Shown here in pieces: positions 1 through 8,917 of a stretch of DNA of 54,665 nucleotides. The DNA comes from an uncultured Clostridia bacterium (GTDB lineage: Bacteria; Bacillota; Clostridia; Oscillospirales; Acutalibacteraceae). The notes beneath the pieces are model-generated. The model was not told the DNA's origin. It ran no database searches and worked only from the letters and a program-made list of their open reading frames with translations. The position numbers were made by a program, and so were the translations under genes. The stretch spans positions 1 through 54,665 of the forward strand of contig CAMNOT010000106.1 of NCBI GenBank assembly GCA_946547025.1, in the 5' to 3' direction. Numbering within the stretch: position 1 is the first letter of the stretch; each line of letters starts with the position of its first letter.

Positions 1-344
1 ACTTCAACGCCCTTTGCTTTCAGGCTGCGGGTGTATTGTAAGGTATCTACGGTGTTTCTGGCAAATCTCGACACCTCACGGGTCAGGATCAGATCGAATT
101 TTCCTTTCTCGGCATCTGAGATCATCTTCATGAACTGTTTTCTCTTTTTCGCCGATGTTCCGGTGATACCTTCGTCGACATACATCTTCACAACCTCCCA
201 TTCGGGATGCTGCGCTAAGATCGGCTTGTACCAATCCTTCTGATTCTCCAGAGCAGATAGCTGTTCTTCATGCTCCGTAGACACACGGGCGTAGATCACA
301 ACTTTTCTGTTTTCGTTCAGTCTGTTGGTATAGTATCCGTACAT
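1..344 (-). CDS. Large serine recombinase, copy 1 (N-terminal part; runs off the window)
   Basis: Manual translation from ATG 344 (RBS AAAGGAGG): [39 protein letters not shown]...[12 protein letters not shown]...SRFARNTVD. Near-identical to the N-terminus of 467-2215. Confidence 0.93.
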   Translation of the reverse strand, partial: MYGYYTNRLNENRKVVIYARVSTEHEEQLSALENQKDWYKPILAQHPEWEVVKMYVDEGITGTSAKKRKQFMKMISDAEKGKFDLILTREVSRFARNTVDTLQYTRSLKAKGVE

Positions 345-371
345 ATTCTTCCTCCTTTCGGTTTGATTTCG

Positions 372-436
372 TTATATAACAAAACCGAGAATCCATCAAC
401 GATGCGATTTCGTCAATCGCATACCGGATCCTCGGT
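372..436 (-). repeat. Palindromic leader element, copy 1 (terminator-like hairpin / operator-promoter / possible recombination site)
   Basis: 61/65 identical to 2241-2305. Outer arms ACCGAGAATCC / GGATCCTCGGT, inner TGCGATT-N5-AATCGCA. Confidence 0.85.
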
Positions 437-466
437 CACCTTATTCTCGTATTATTAATATCTATT

Positions 467-2215
467 TCAGATAAATACTGTCGCTTTGATATCGCTCCAT
501 TTCAGTACACGGCGTTGAGGTGAGAATGAGTAGAGATACTTTTTTGCATCTTCCTTAGTAAACGTATATTCAGCAACCTTTTGAGGTTCAGCTGCCGATC
601 CATTGTCGGGGCGAAAACGAAGATACCAGTCAAAGGAATCCTCATGTACGACTATCTTCGTCACAAATGTGTGTAACAGTCCTTCGGAAACATCATCATC
701 GTCGCTCAGACAAACCATCTGTTGAATCTGCTGCTTCAACAGCGCTGTCTTTCCATCGGGAGAAGTATCATTGGTTTCTGCTGTTTGTTCGATCTTTTTC
801 ACATTTTCTTCAAGCTCTTTCAATCCGATTTTAATCTCAGATGCTTTTGCTTGGAACATCTCTTTTGTAATCTCGCCATCAGCGCGCATTTCGATGAGAT
901 TATCCAACCGCTTTTGCAACCTTGCGCGTTCATCATCATACTGACGAAGTATATCGGTATTATCGATCTGTTTTTTCTTATCATGTTTATGCTTATCTAT
1001 AATAGAAAGAGCGAGATCAGCGATCGGCGGGATATCCTTTGAATACTCCTTAAAGATGCGTTTAGCCATCATCGCAAGCTTCCAACTCGGGATCATCGGA
1101 ACCGGGCAAATATCCTCGATTGACATCCCTTTGTTCAGGCGTGTTCTTACTGTTCCGGTTTTGATCGAGCTATAGCACTGATAGCTATACAAGTTATGAC
1201 CGATCTCACGGTGCCATATACGGCGGTTAAAATGATGACCGCACTCACATATGAGCAGCTCTGTCCAGATATCAATCGGTTTTCTGTTTCCAAAAACTCT
1301 TTTTTGACCGGAACCCGATTCGGAAGGGTCCCTTTGGTGACTTTTGATGATTTCCTGCACCTTCTCAAATTCTTCAACGGTCACGATCGGTTCATGCGTA
1401 CCCTGAACAAGGGTGTGTTCGATCTCTCCGTGATTGTTGATCTTCTTCTGTTCCAGATAGTCGGGCGTCCACTGCTTATGATAGGTAATGATACCGCAGT
1501 AGAACGTGTTTTTCAGTATTTTTGATATATTGGTCATATGCCATGTGGTTTTGCCCATGGAGGTCAGCCGACCTGCCTGCTCCAATTTGAATTGAATCGA
1601 TCGGATCCCCTCACCGGCAAGATACCATTCATAGATCATTCTAACAGTTTTTGCCTGTTCGGGATTGATGATCATTTCCTTGCCGACTCTATCATAGCCC
1701 AGAATGTTACCGTTGCCGTAGATAACGCCGTTCTCCATCGAGGTCTGCTGCCCGGCTTTCACACGAACGGAAGTCTTTCGGCTTTCGTCCTGAGCGAGCG
1801 TCGCCATGATCGTCAGCCGCAGCTCACCGTCACCGTCAAAGGTTTTGATGTTGTCGTTGATAAAATACACTTCAACGCCCTTTGCTTTCAAGCTGCGGGT
1901 GTACTGTAACGTGTCAACAGTATTTCTGGCAAATCTGGAAACCTCTCGGGTCAGAATCAGATCAAACTTTCCACGCTCCGCGTCAGCAATCATCCTCATA
2001 AAGCTTTTTCTCTTCTTAGCTGAGGTACCGGTGACGCCCTCATCAACGTACATTTCCACAATATCCCATTCGGGGTGTTGTTCAAGGATTGGCTTATACC
2101 AGTCCTTCTGGTTCTCCAAAGCCGATAACTGTTCTTCATGCTCCGTTGACACACGCGCATAAATCGCTGCTTTCCTGTACTCGTTCAATCTGTTGGTGTA
2201 ATATCCGTACATCAT
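467..2215 (-). CDS. Large serine recombinase (resolvase + recombinase + zinc-ribbon + coiled-coil), copy 2
   Basis: YARVST catalytic Ser, DEGVTGT, SRFARN, CECG...YQC zinc ribbon, coiled coil. Start moved to ATG 2215 (RBS GGGAG), matching copy 1. Confidence 0.95.
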   Translation of the reverse strand: MMYGYYTNRLNEYRKAAIYARVSTEHEEQLSALENQKDWYKPILEQHPEWDIVEMYVDEGVTGTSAKKRKSFMRMIADAERGKFDLILTREVSRFARNTVDTLQYTRSLKAKGVEVYFINDNIKTFDGDGELRLTIMATLAQDESRKTSVRVKAGQQTSMENGVIYGNGNILGYDRVGKEMIINPEQAKTVRMIYEWYLAGEGIRSIQFKLEQAGRLTSMGKTTWHMTNISKILKNTFYCGIITYHKQWTPDYLEQKKINNHGEIEHTLVQGTHEPIVTVEEFEKVQEIIKSHQRDPSESGSGQKRVFGNRKPIDIWTELLICECGHHFNRRIWHREIGHNLYSYQCYSSIKTGTVRTRLNKGMSIEDICPVPMIPSWKLAMMAKRIFKEYSKDIPPIADLALSIIDKHKHDKKKQIDNTDILRQYDDERARLQKRLDNLIEMRADGEITKEMFQAKASEIKIGLKELEENVKKIEQTAETNDTSPDGKTALLKQQIQQMVCLSDDDDVSEGLLHTFVTKIVVHEDSFDWYLRFRPDNGSAAEPQKVAEYTFTKEDAKKYLYSFSPQRRVLKWSDIKATVFI

Positions 2216-2240
2216 CTTCACTCCCTTCCAGTTTATTTCT

Positions 2241-2305
2241 TTATATAACAAAACCGAGAATCCATCAATGATGCGATTTCGTCAATCGCACATCGGATTC
2301 TCGGT
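2241..2305 (-). repeat. Palindromic leader element, copy 2
   Basis: Perfect 11-bp outer arms ACCGAGAATCC / GGATTCTCGGT followed by a T-tract on the minus strand; inner TGCGATT-TCGTC-AATCGCA. Confidence 0.85.
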
Positions 2306-2367
2306 TAATGTATTAGCTATTTATGATATGTTTAGTGTTTATGTTACTACTACTAGAGTCTCAAAAA

Positions 2368-3387
2368 CTATTTCAAGATTTCACGCCAAAAAAACTTATA
2401 GTTGGCAACAATAAAAATAGAAGTATTTATTACCCAAATGAACCCATTAGCTGCATTTCGGCTGTCGTTATTCTGTTTCGACAGAATATCCAAATAGCAC
2501 AGATTATCATAATAGAAATCTTTCAAGTCCTCAATACCCATGCTGTAGTCTCGACCTTGAAGTTTAGATGCTTTACGAATATTCGCAATTATAATAGTGA
2601 AGAACACACTTCTTAGGTAAGAAAAGTAATTCTCTTCAGAATTGTTAAAACCTAAAGAACTCAACAAGGCAGAGTATTGATAAGATAAAGTCCGCGCATC
2701 TTTCACGTTCATATATCCGGATAACTTGCTGAAAAATGATTGTTGCAGTTCCAAGCGATCTCCAATTTCTTTTAGTATTTTCATGGTTATATTTTGGGAC
2801 AGTTGTTTATTATGCAAATAATCGTCAATATGATCTATCAGCTTATTATACACGTGAAAAATACGATGTGTTTCTCGAGCTTTAACTTTATTCTTGTATT
2901 CAGAGCCTTTCAAAATATTAGCACAAACGCATAGATTCTCGAATTCGCAGGTATTGCATAGATCGATATCTCTATAGGATTCAACCATGGGATAATTGAT
3001 TAAAAGTTGTCCGTTATCATTTATATCTGAAAAGTATTCTTGTAGCTCCTGTATTACAGTCTCAGAAAAGTTTGGATCATGGCGTTCATAATCAAAAATC
3101 AATATAACATTTGTGAAGTTCCTTTTTTCCAGCTCCGGGGTAATCGATTTCCAATGAGAAACACATTTAGGCAAATCGATATCTTGTTCACTCCAATCAG
3201 TTCCATACTCACTTACAATTTTATTATATAACACATAAATGTTGGTTTCATACATAAGGATGTTTTCTTCTATAATAGGAATTTCCGGAAAGGATGTTAA
3301 TATTAACTTTAACAAAAGGTTTTTCTCGTGATTTCCTTCTGTAATCACCAGTGTTTGATTTCTGATACGTCTATATGAATTATTCAT
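2368..3387 (-). CDS. RloB-like / TOPRIM-like partner of ABC ATPase (putative abortive-infection component)
   Basis: LVITEGNHE, ILIFDYE and INYPMVESY motifs. ATG 3387 overlaps the ATPase 3' end. AT-rich. Confidence 0.6.
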   Translation of the reverse strand: MNNSYRRIRNQTLVITEGNHEKNLLLKLILTSFPEIPIIEENILMYETNIYVLYNKIVSEYGTDWSEQDIDLPKCVSHWKSITPELEKRNFTNVILIFDYERHDPNFSETVIQELQEYFSDINDNGQLLINYPMVESYRDIDLCNTCEFENLCVCANILKGSEYKNKVKARETHRIFHVYNKLIDHIDDYLHNKQLSQNITMKILKEIGDRLELQQSFFSKLSGYMNVKDARTLSYQYSALLSSLGFNNSEENYFSYLRSVFFTIIIANIRKASKLQGRDYSMGIEDLKDFYYDNLCYLDILSKQNNDSRNAANGFIWVINTSIFIVANYKFFWREILK

Positions 3388-4522
3388 AATCTTCAAATTC
3401 TCCGCTGATATATAGTTTTTCCAGATTATGTCCTTCCCGCAATTCTCTTTCAGTTGCATTGTTTAGAGAAGTGAGCCTTCCGTCTTGTGAGATAATAAAT
3501 AAGCAATCCGGACGTAATAATCTATTTGTCATCAGATTTGTATTATGTGTTGTAAATGCAATTTGCGTTGTAGGGTAGTGCTCTTTAAAAAAGCAGAAAA
3601 GATTCTCTGCCATTTCGTAATGATAAAAAGCGTCGAATTCATCAAGGAACAAAAATGACGTTCCTTTTGAAGGATGAACAATGTTCCAAAATAAGTTAAA
3701 CAACGCCAGTGTTCCGCTAGAAGCCGTCTCAAAAAAAGGAACAGGTATTCGATGATCAAAATACAGCTTTTTATCGCCTTCGGGCAACCTTCTTAATACG
3801 AGTTTACAATCAATACCCATATTCCCGAAGAATTCTTCGAGTTCGCGTAAATACAGCGAGTCTATATTTCTAAGCATTCTACCACGAAAAATAGGGTGCA
3901 TAGGTTCTATCGAACTGCCGACAGAAACAAAACGCATCCGGTTGATATACTCCACCAAAGCAACGATAATGGAGTCCTTTTTTAATGCACTATTAGCAAC
4001 AATCCATCGAAGAAAAGAAACATTACGAATCGTGCTGTTATTATCATCAATCATATCGTTCAAGGAGTCAAAGAACCTGTCTACTATTAGTGTTTCTGCT
4101 GAAACAAGGGATAGGTCTAAATCATAAATCTGTTTGTTTCGATAATCAATGGTAAACACTTTGTTTTTTCCGATTGAAAGTGATTCGAATGCGAATACCT
4201 GTTCGTCTTTCTTCTCATAATAGTATTCAACCTCGATATCATAAAAGAGAAAACAATACTTGAAACGCGCAATATCATCAGGCGAATCCGCATTAGTAAA
4301 GATCTGCTCCATCCGTCTATATGGTTTATAATCAGTAATATCCATCAGGGCATTTCCTAAATTGGTTTTGCCGGATGCGTTCCTACCATATATTAAGGCT
4401 TTAGATATAATTCCTTCATTCAAACAATTTTGATTATACTTATATCCACCGGATTGATTCAAAGCAAATACAATCTTATTTTTAAAGTTTTTATAATTCT
4501 CGACTTCAAATCTAGTAAGCAT
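3380..4522 (-). CDS. AAA_21 / AbiEii-RloA-type ABC-family ATPase
   Basis: Walker A YGRNASGKT, signature SSGT, Walker B LFLDEFD, H-loop FTTHN, N-terminal ENYKNF. Confidence 0.88.
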   Translation of the reverse strand: MLTRFEVENYKNFKNKIVFALNQSGGYKYNQNCLNEGIISKALIYGRNASGKTNLGNALMDITDYKPYRRMEQIFTNADSPDDIARFKYCFLFYDIEVEYYYEKKDEQVFAFESLSIGKNKVFTIDYRNKQIYDLDLSLVSAETLIVDRFFDSLNDMIDDNNSTIRNVSFLRWIVANSALKKDSIIVALVEYINRMRFVSVGSSIEPMHPIFRGRMLRNIDSLYLRELEEFFGNMGIDCKLVLRRLPEGDKKLYFDHRIPVPFFETASSGTLALFNLFWNIVHPSKGTSFLFLDEFDAFYHYEMAENLFCFFKEHYPTTQIAFTTHNTNLMTNRLLRPDCLFIISQDGRLTSLNNATERELREGHNLEKLYISGEFEDYE

Positions 4523-4552
4523 TCATATCACCTCATATTGTTTGATATTATT

Positions 4553-4605
4553 ATTATAACCAAAACTATTTATAAAAGCAATACTTACCGTAAAAAAATT
4601 ACGGT
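4553..4605 (-). promoter_or_regulatory. sigmaA-type promoter of the ATPase pair with upstream palindromic operator candidate
   Basis: TTGCTT(4581-4576)-N17-TATAAT(4558-4553); inverted repeat ACCGTAA-N5-TTACGGT at 4587-4605. Confidence 0.6.
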
Positions 4606-5050
4606 GTATTCATTGCTGTAGTTAATCAATGATGGGTAATATACGGATAATATACTCACCTGTTTCCTGTGACAGTTGAATCTATCAAAATACCCACCTC
4701 GTATTTATGGTGAGTACTTAATTCTTGTGAACTCAAGTGTCTTTCTTTTGAAAAGCTAACTTGAAATATCTTGCAAATTATATCGCAATATCATTTCTAA
4801 GCAGCAAGAAGTTTCGTGTTATTTATTATCTCTTTACGCCCTTTTTGCCTCTATAATCGAAATCGCAAAATTGAATATTATCGATTGTTTTGCGGTTATA
4901 ACCCAAAAAACTTTTACTGTTGGTTTTCAACTGGTTTCGTTTCATAAGATTCATAAGTAAATATTTTTATTTGAGAATCTGTTTATTATCCCATAAACAG
5001 TAGAATTACAAAAATCTTCTCGAATAATGATGAATATGGCGATGGCTGAT

Positions 5051-5212
5051 TCACTGCTGAAACTGACTGATATCAACGCGGTCGGCGTACTCGTTCAAGA
5101 TGTTTCGGAATACATATTTTTCAATCATACCGCAGTGGTATATGTACTCGATCAGCTTCAACGCTGCAAATAATTTGTTGTTGTCATTTGAATAATCAAT
5201 ACCGGATTTCAT
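5051..5212 (-). CDS. Small hypothetical protein, 53 aa (not in ORF track)
   Basis: AAGGAG RBS, ATG 5212: MKSGIDYSNDNNKLFAALKLIEYIYHCGMIEKYVFRNILNEYADRVDISQFQQ*. Confidence 0.7.
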   Translation of the reverse strand: MKSGIDYSNDNNKLFAALKLIEYIYHCGMIEKYVFRNILNEYADRVDISQFQQ

Positions 5213-5227
5213 ATCAAGCTCTCCTTG

Positions 5228-5289
5228 TTATATATAAAAAAAGATGATCTGACAATGATGCGATTTTGTCCATCGCACACTCGATCATC
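5228..5289 (-). repeat. Palindromic leader element, copy 3 (different outer stem)
   Basis: Core CAATGATGCGATTTTGTCCATCGCACA; outer arms GATGATC / GATCATC followed by T7 on the minus strand. Confidence 0.75.
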
Positions 5290-5539
5290 GGCTATAATCT
5301 TTTTTCTCTATAAGAATAAAATCAAGTCCTAAGCGATCACATTTATCACACTTATCAAGTGTAGCTCGTCCATAGTTGAACCGTTTTAAAATGTAGCTGC
5401 CTGAGTTAATATACTCGGCAGCGTGTTTTTTGCAAAAGCAGCGGATATCCTCTGAATCGTTTTCATTACTACGTTCCGTATTGCTTTTCATTTTATAAAT
5501 GGGTGATTGATTCAAAGTTGCAATGTTTTGTAAAACCAC
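5285..5539 (-). CDS. Small Cys-rich hypothetical protein (possible zinc binder; true start may be ATG 5490)
   Basis: CFC and CDKC motifs; RBS-like GAAGGAG/GGAGG upstream. Confidence 0.65.
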   Translation of the reverse strand: MVLQNIATLNQSPIYKMKSNTERSNENDSEDIRCFCKKHAAEYINSGSYILKRFNYGRATLDKCDKCDRLGLDFILIEKKDYSR

Positions 5540-5556
5540 CTCCTGTTCACTCCTTC
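5499..5556. repeat. 58-bp direct repeat A (left flank of nucleotidyltransferase cassette)
   Basis: 55/58 identical to 6881-6938. Confidence 0.9.
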
Positions 5557-5647
5557 CATTTCAGAATTTCCTTATTATATCCGGGCTGATATAATAACTT
5601 GCTATTTAATGTCAGAGTTAGATTAGCGTGTACATCGATATCGTTAC

Positions 5648-5676
5648 TTGCATTTTAGAATTCGGTATGATACTAT
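5648..5676 (+). promoter_or_regulatory. sigmaA-type promoter with extended -10
   Basis: TTGCAT-N17-TACTAT with TGn; RBS GAAGGAGG at 5698-5705. Confidence 0.6.
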
Positions 5677-5711
5677 TATGCTATTACAGAGTTTGTTGAA
5701 GGAGGTCGCTC

Positions 5712-6863
5712 ATGATCAATACCAATCAACAAGCGCTCCTTGAACTGCTCAAGGCGTCGCTATTTGATACCGAACCGTCATTTCCCGAAGGAGTTGACTG
5801 GGATGCCGTGCTACAGGAAGCGAAGGATCAGACGGTCGTTGCACTGGCAGCGCCCTATGTTCCCTCGCAGGAGTCGGGAAAATGGCAAGTACCCGTCAAA
5901 CAGAATACAGCGACTTTTCTAAATCTTCTCAATGAGCAGACAAATCTCATTCAGCTTTTTCAGGCTTCCAATATCCCTCTCGTGATCCTCAAAGGCTTTG
6001 CCGCCGCTATGTACTATCCCGCCCCGTTGAGGCGCTCAATGGGCGATGTTGACTTTTTGGTGCCGCCCGAGTATTTTGAAAAAGCGCGTAAGCTCATGGA
6101 AGAAAACGAATATGAGTTTTCTTCCAATCACGGTACCGATCGGGATTACAGCTACACAAAGCGCGGCGCTGTATTGGAGCTTCACCATCGTTACAGCGAC
6201 GAGAAATGGGATATCGACCCCCTGATCCTCAAGAGCTTTCCCGACATCAGCACCCGTGAACTGTTCAACCACCGGTTTCCGGTTTTGCCCGAGATGGTCA
6301 ACGGGCTGATCCTGCTCGATCATGTGCGCCACCATTTACAGGGCGGCCTCGGCATTCGCCAGGTCATCGACTGGATGATGTTTGTCCACGCGAATCTGAG
6401 TGACGAAAGCTGGAAAAGCAGTTTTTCAGATCTTGCGCTACAAGCGGGTCTGGAAACCCTTGCCATTACTATGACAAGTATGTGCAAGCAGTATTTCGGA
6501 CTGCCCGATCCCATTACATGGTGCGATTCTGCCGAAGAAGCTACGACGCAAGAATTGCTCGAAGCCGTATTCAATTACGGTAACTTCGGCAGCAAACTGA
6601 CGGAAGAAATACACCCTTCGGAATACATCACCATCAGCGCCCGTCGAATGGGACTGTTTCGCTTTTTACAAACAAGAGGTGAGCAGAACTGGAAGAACAG
6701 CCAAAAGCACCCTTTTCTGCGGCACTTTGCATGGCTGTATCAGATTTTCCGCTATTTCACGCGCGGAACCGCTGCCCTTTTGCGCGGCGAAAAAATCGCA
6801 AAGGGTATGTCGTCGGGTACGGAAAAGTTTGATTTATTGGAACGACTAGGGCTGAACCGTTGA
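5712..6863 (+). CDS. Uncharacterised nucleotidyltransferase family protein (NTP_transf_5-like)
   Basis: ILKG...YYP...RSMGDVDFLV, ELHH, GIRQVIDW; paralog of 49974-51209. Confidence 0.85.
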   Translation: MINTNQQALLELLKASLFDTEPSFPEGVDWDAVLQEAKDQTVVALAAPYVPSQESGKWQVPVKQNTATFLNLLNEQTNLIQLFQASNIPLVILKGFAAAMYYPAPLRRSMGDVDFLVPPEYFEKARKLMEENEYEFSSNHGTDRDYSYTKRGAVLELHHRYSDEKWDIDPLILKSFPDISTRELFNHRFPVLPEMVNGLILLDHVRHHLQGGLGIRQVIDWMMFVHANLSDESWKSSFSDLALQAGLETLAITMTSMCKQYFGLPDPITWCDSAEEATTQELLEAVFNYGNFGSKLTEEIHPSEYITISARRMGLFRFLQTRGEQNWKNSQKHPFLRHFAWLYQIFRYFTRGTAALLRGEKIAKGMSSGTEKFDLLERLGLNR

Positions 6864-6880
6864 TCTAAAGACAGAGTACG

Positions 6881-6938
6881 ATGGGTGATTGATTCAAAGT
6901 TGCGATATTTTGTAAAACCACCTCCGGTTCACTCCTTC
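6881..6938. repeat. 58-bp direct repeat B (right flank of nucleotidyltransferase cassette)
   Basis: 55/58 identical to 5499-5556. Confidence 0.9.
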
Positions 6939-6946
6939 TTTAGAAA

Positions 6947-7051
6947 TTAATGATGATTATGTTTGTCTGAATCACCGGCGACCGCCATAAGGCACATCAC
7001 GGTAATTCCAATAAAGCCTCCGACAAAGAGACCGATGAAAAAGCCTAACAT
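6947..7051 (-). CDS. Small membrane protein, 34 aa (DUF3789-like; not in ORF track)
   Basis: AGGAG RBS; MLGFFIGLFVGGFIGITVMCLMAVAGDSDKHNHH*, with a Gly-rich TM helix and MCL motif. Confidence 0.7.
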   Translation of the reverse strand: MLGFFIGLFVGGFIGITVMCLMAVAGDSDKHNHH

Positions 7052-7260
7052 CTATGTTCTCCTATCTTAAATAGTTCTATATTTACCAAATTCCCCTTAA
7101 AATCACTGTGTTTTTAAGGGAAAGAGAAAGCCAATAAGGGAATGTTCATTTGTTACTTGTCATTACTCATGATATTGATAATTACGTTCGGGTAGTTAAA
7201 TAATTTAATCGTAATTAAGTGAATTGAGATTATATAATCTCGATTTTGAATTTGAATTTC

Positions 7261-7288
7261 GGGGTGCTGATGATTTCGTCAGCACCCC
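7261..7288. terminator. Hairpin at the end of the pilus operon (probable terminator)
   Basis: GGGGTGCTGA-N8-TCAGCACCCC immediately after the sortase stop; U-tract is poor. Confidence 0.55.
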
Positions 7289-7293
7289 AATTA

Positions 7294-8064
7294 TTATATT
7301 CTCTCGCACGTTACCTGATAGCGTGTTTTGCCCATACTTGCGCAGGTGAGCAATGTGAGCAGGTCTTTTCCCTTGACCAAGTAAATATCGTTGGTCTCAG
7401 TTGATAATATTTCCTTTTTAGAAACAACGCGATAATTCAGTGTACCGAAATAGGTCGTGATACTTACGCTGTCGCCCTTATCAAGATAAGGGATATTATC
7501 AAACACGATCCTGCCAAAATAACCGGTGTGACCGGCTAACGCGACGTTAGTGCTCTCACCGCCAATCGGGAGCGAGGTGTTCATCAAATGCGCCGCTCCC
7601 CAAGCCATTTTGTCCTCACTTGCGCCTAAGTAAATCGGCGCATTCAGATCAATCGACGGAGCGGTGATATAGCCGTAAACGCCGTCATATATTCCGTAGT
7701 CGGATAGATCCAGCGCTTCATCGGCAAAATCGGTATGCTCCATATCCTGATGCTCTTTCAAACGCTCGTTATAAGCTATGCTGTCGGCATAGAGCCTGTC
7801 GATATCCGCCTGATATACCACAGGATATTCGGAGATAATAACGCCGTTGTCGTCGATCAGATAACCGTCCTCATTGACTTCACCGTTTTCTTCCGCCTCT
7901 TCACGGCTGCCATCCTGCACATCATCAGCAACATGATCGAACCGTTCGGTGATCTCATCGTTCTTCTTCTGATTCTCTGTTTTGCTGATATCGGGATAGA
8001 TAAAGACAACAAGGCTTGCAATAATCAGAATGACGGAAATAACGGCGCAGATCTTACGTTTCAT
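7294..8064 (-). CDS. srtC: Class C-like sortase (no C-terminal TM helix)
   Basis: N-terminal TM, SLPIGGESTNVALAGH, TLLTC, downstream Arg. Confidence 0.85.
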   Translation of the reverse strand: MKRKICAVISVILIIASLVVFIYPDISKTENQKKNDEITERFDHVADDVQDGSREEAEENGEVNEDGYLIDDNGVIISEYPVVYQADIDRLYADSIAYNERLKEHQDMEHTDFADEALDLSDYGIYDGVYGYITAPSIDLNAPIYLGASEDKMAWGAAHLMNTSLPIGGESTNVALAGHTGYFGRIVFDNIPYLDKGDSVSITTYFGTLNYRVVSKKEILSTETNDIYLVKGKDLLTLLTCASMGKTRYQVTCERI

Positions 8065-8887
8065 GGCGTTTCCTCCGTTTCCGTATCAGGATAACCGTTA
8101 CAAACATGATCGCCGTCACAAGCGGCACAGCACCCCAAATCAATGAGGTATTCACATTGTACTGTTTTGTTTCGGGTTCAGCTTCAATCGTATCGGATGG
8201 CGAGTTATCTCGCTCGCCTGTCACCAAAAGACGGTGCGTATTCACCGAGTATGGCGTACAGGTTACAAGCGTGACCAAATCTCTTCCTTTCTGCACCTCG
8301 AAATACTGTGTTTCCGAGGGCAGAACAACTTTTATATCCACTACTTTGTAGTTGAGTGTTTCTCCAAGGACGGTGACGGAAAAATGATCGCCGATCTCCA
8401 CCTCTGTCAGTCTATCGAAGAAACGCTTTCCCGGATACGCCGTATGCGCGGAGATCACAGAATGGGATGATTCGCCGCCGACGGGAAAAGAGGCGAATGC
8501 CATATGAACGGCACCTTTTGTCAGCGTTTCTTTACTGTTGCCGTGAAAGAAGGGAAGATGGCAGTCGATTGACGGAATACTCACCGTCCCGATCTGACCG
8601 TCGCCCGTCACATTCAAGATACTGTTATACCGTTCGTCAGTCATGAAAGAGTCCGCGTCAAAGCTGTCCGAAAACACGTTGGACACCTCACGGTTATACT
8701 CCCTCGCCTCTGCGAGCTGCTCTGACCTTTCGGTCTGTGACAGGGTATCCACCGTATTGTTATACTGTGTGATGACGCTATCCGATAACATTTGATTGAT
8801 CCATACGGACACCGTCGGATAGAGAAAAATGCCCACGGCAGCAATCAGGATGATCATTGAGATGATCGGTAATACTTTGTTTTTCAT
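8054..8887 (-). CDS. srtC: Class C pilin-specific sortase
   Basis: FPVGGESSHSVISAH, TLVTCTPYSVNTHRLLV, C-terminal TM plus basic tail; start ATG 8887. Confidence 0.92.
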   Translation of the reverse strand: MKNKVLPIISMIILIAAVGIFLYPTVSVWINQMLSDSVITQYNNTVDTLSQTERSEQLAEAREYNREVSNVFSDSFDADSFMTDERYNSILNVTGDGQIGTVSIPSIDCHLPFFHGNSKETLTKGAVHMAFASFPVGGESSHSVISAHTAYPGKRFFDRLTEVEIGDHFSVTVLGETLNYKVVDIKVVLPSETQYFEVQKGRDLVTLVTCTPYSVNTHRLLVTGERDNSPSDTIEAEPETKQYNVNTSLIWGAVPLVTAIMFVTVILIRKRRKRHET

Positions 8888-8917
8888 ATCGTCACCGTCC
8901 ACGGAAAAGGAGAACGA

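Noticed and set aside
31..2271. Plus-strand ORFs 31-243, 270-458, 722-1042, 1196-1525, 1538-1909, 1806-2162, 2089-2271
   Set aside because: Antisense shadows of the recombinase genes and their leaders; the similarity between 31-243 and 1806-2162 only reflects the duplication.
4620..4900. Partial matches to the element (ATCAATGATG at ~4625, AATCGCA at 4861) and a TACTCACC/GGTGAGTA inverted repeat
   Set aside because: Short half-matches in AT-rich DNA without the full palindrome; compatible with chance.
372..5289. Palindromic repeats as a CRISPR array
   Set aside because: Copies are kilobases apart with genes in between, and there are no cas genes.
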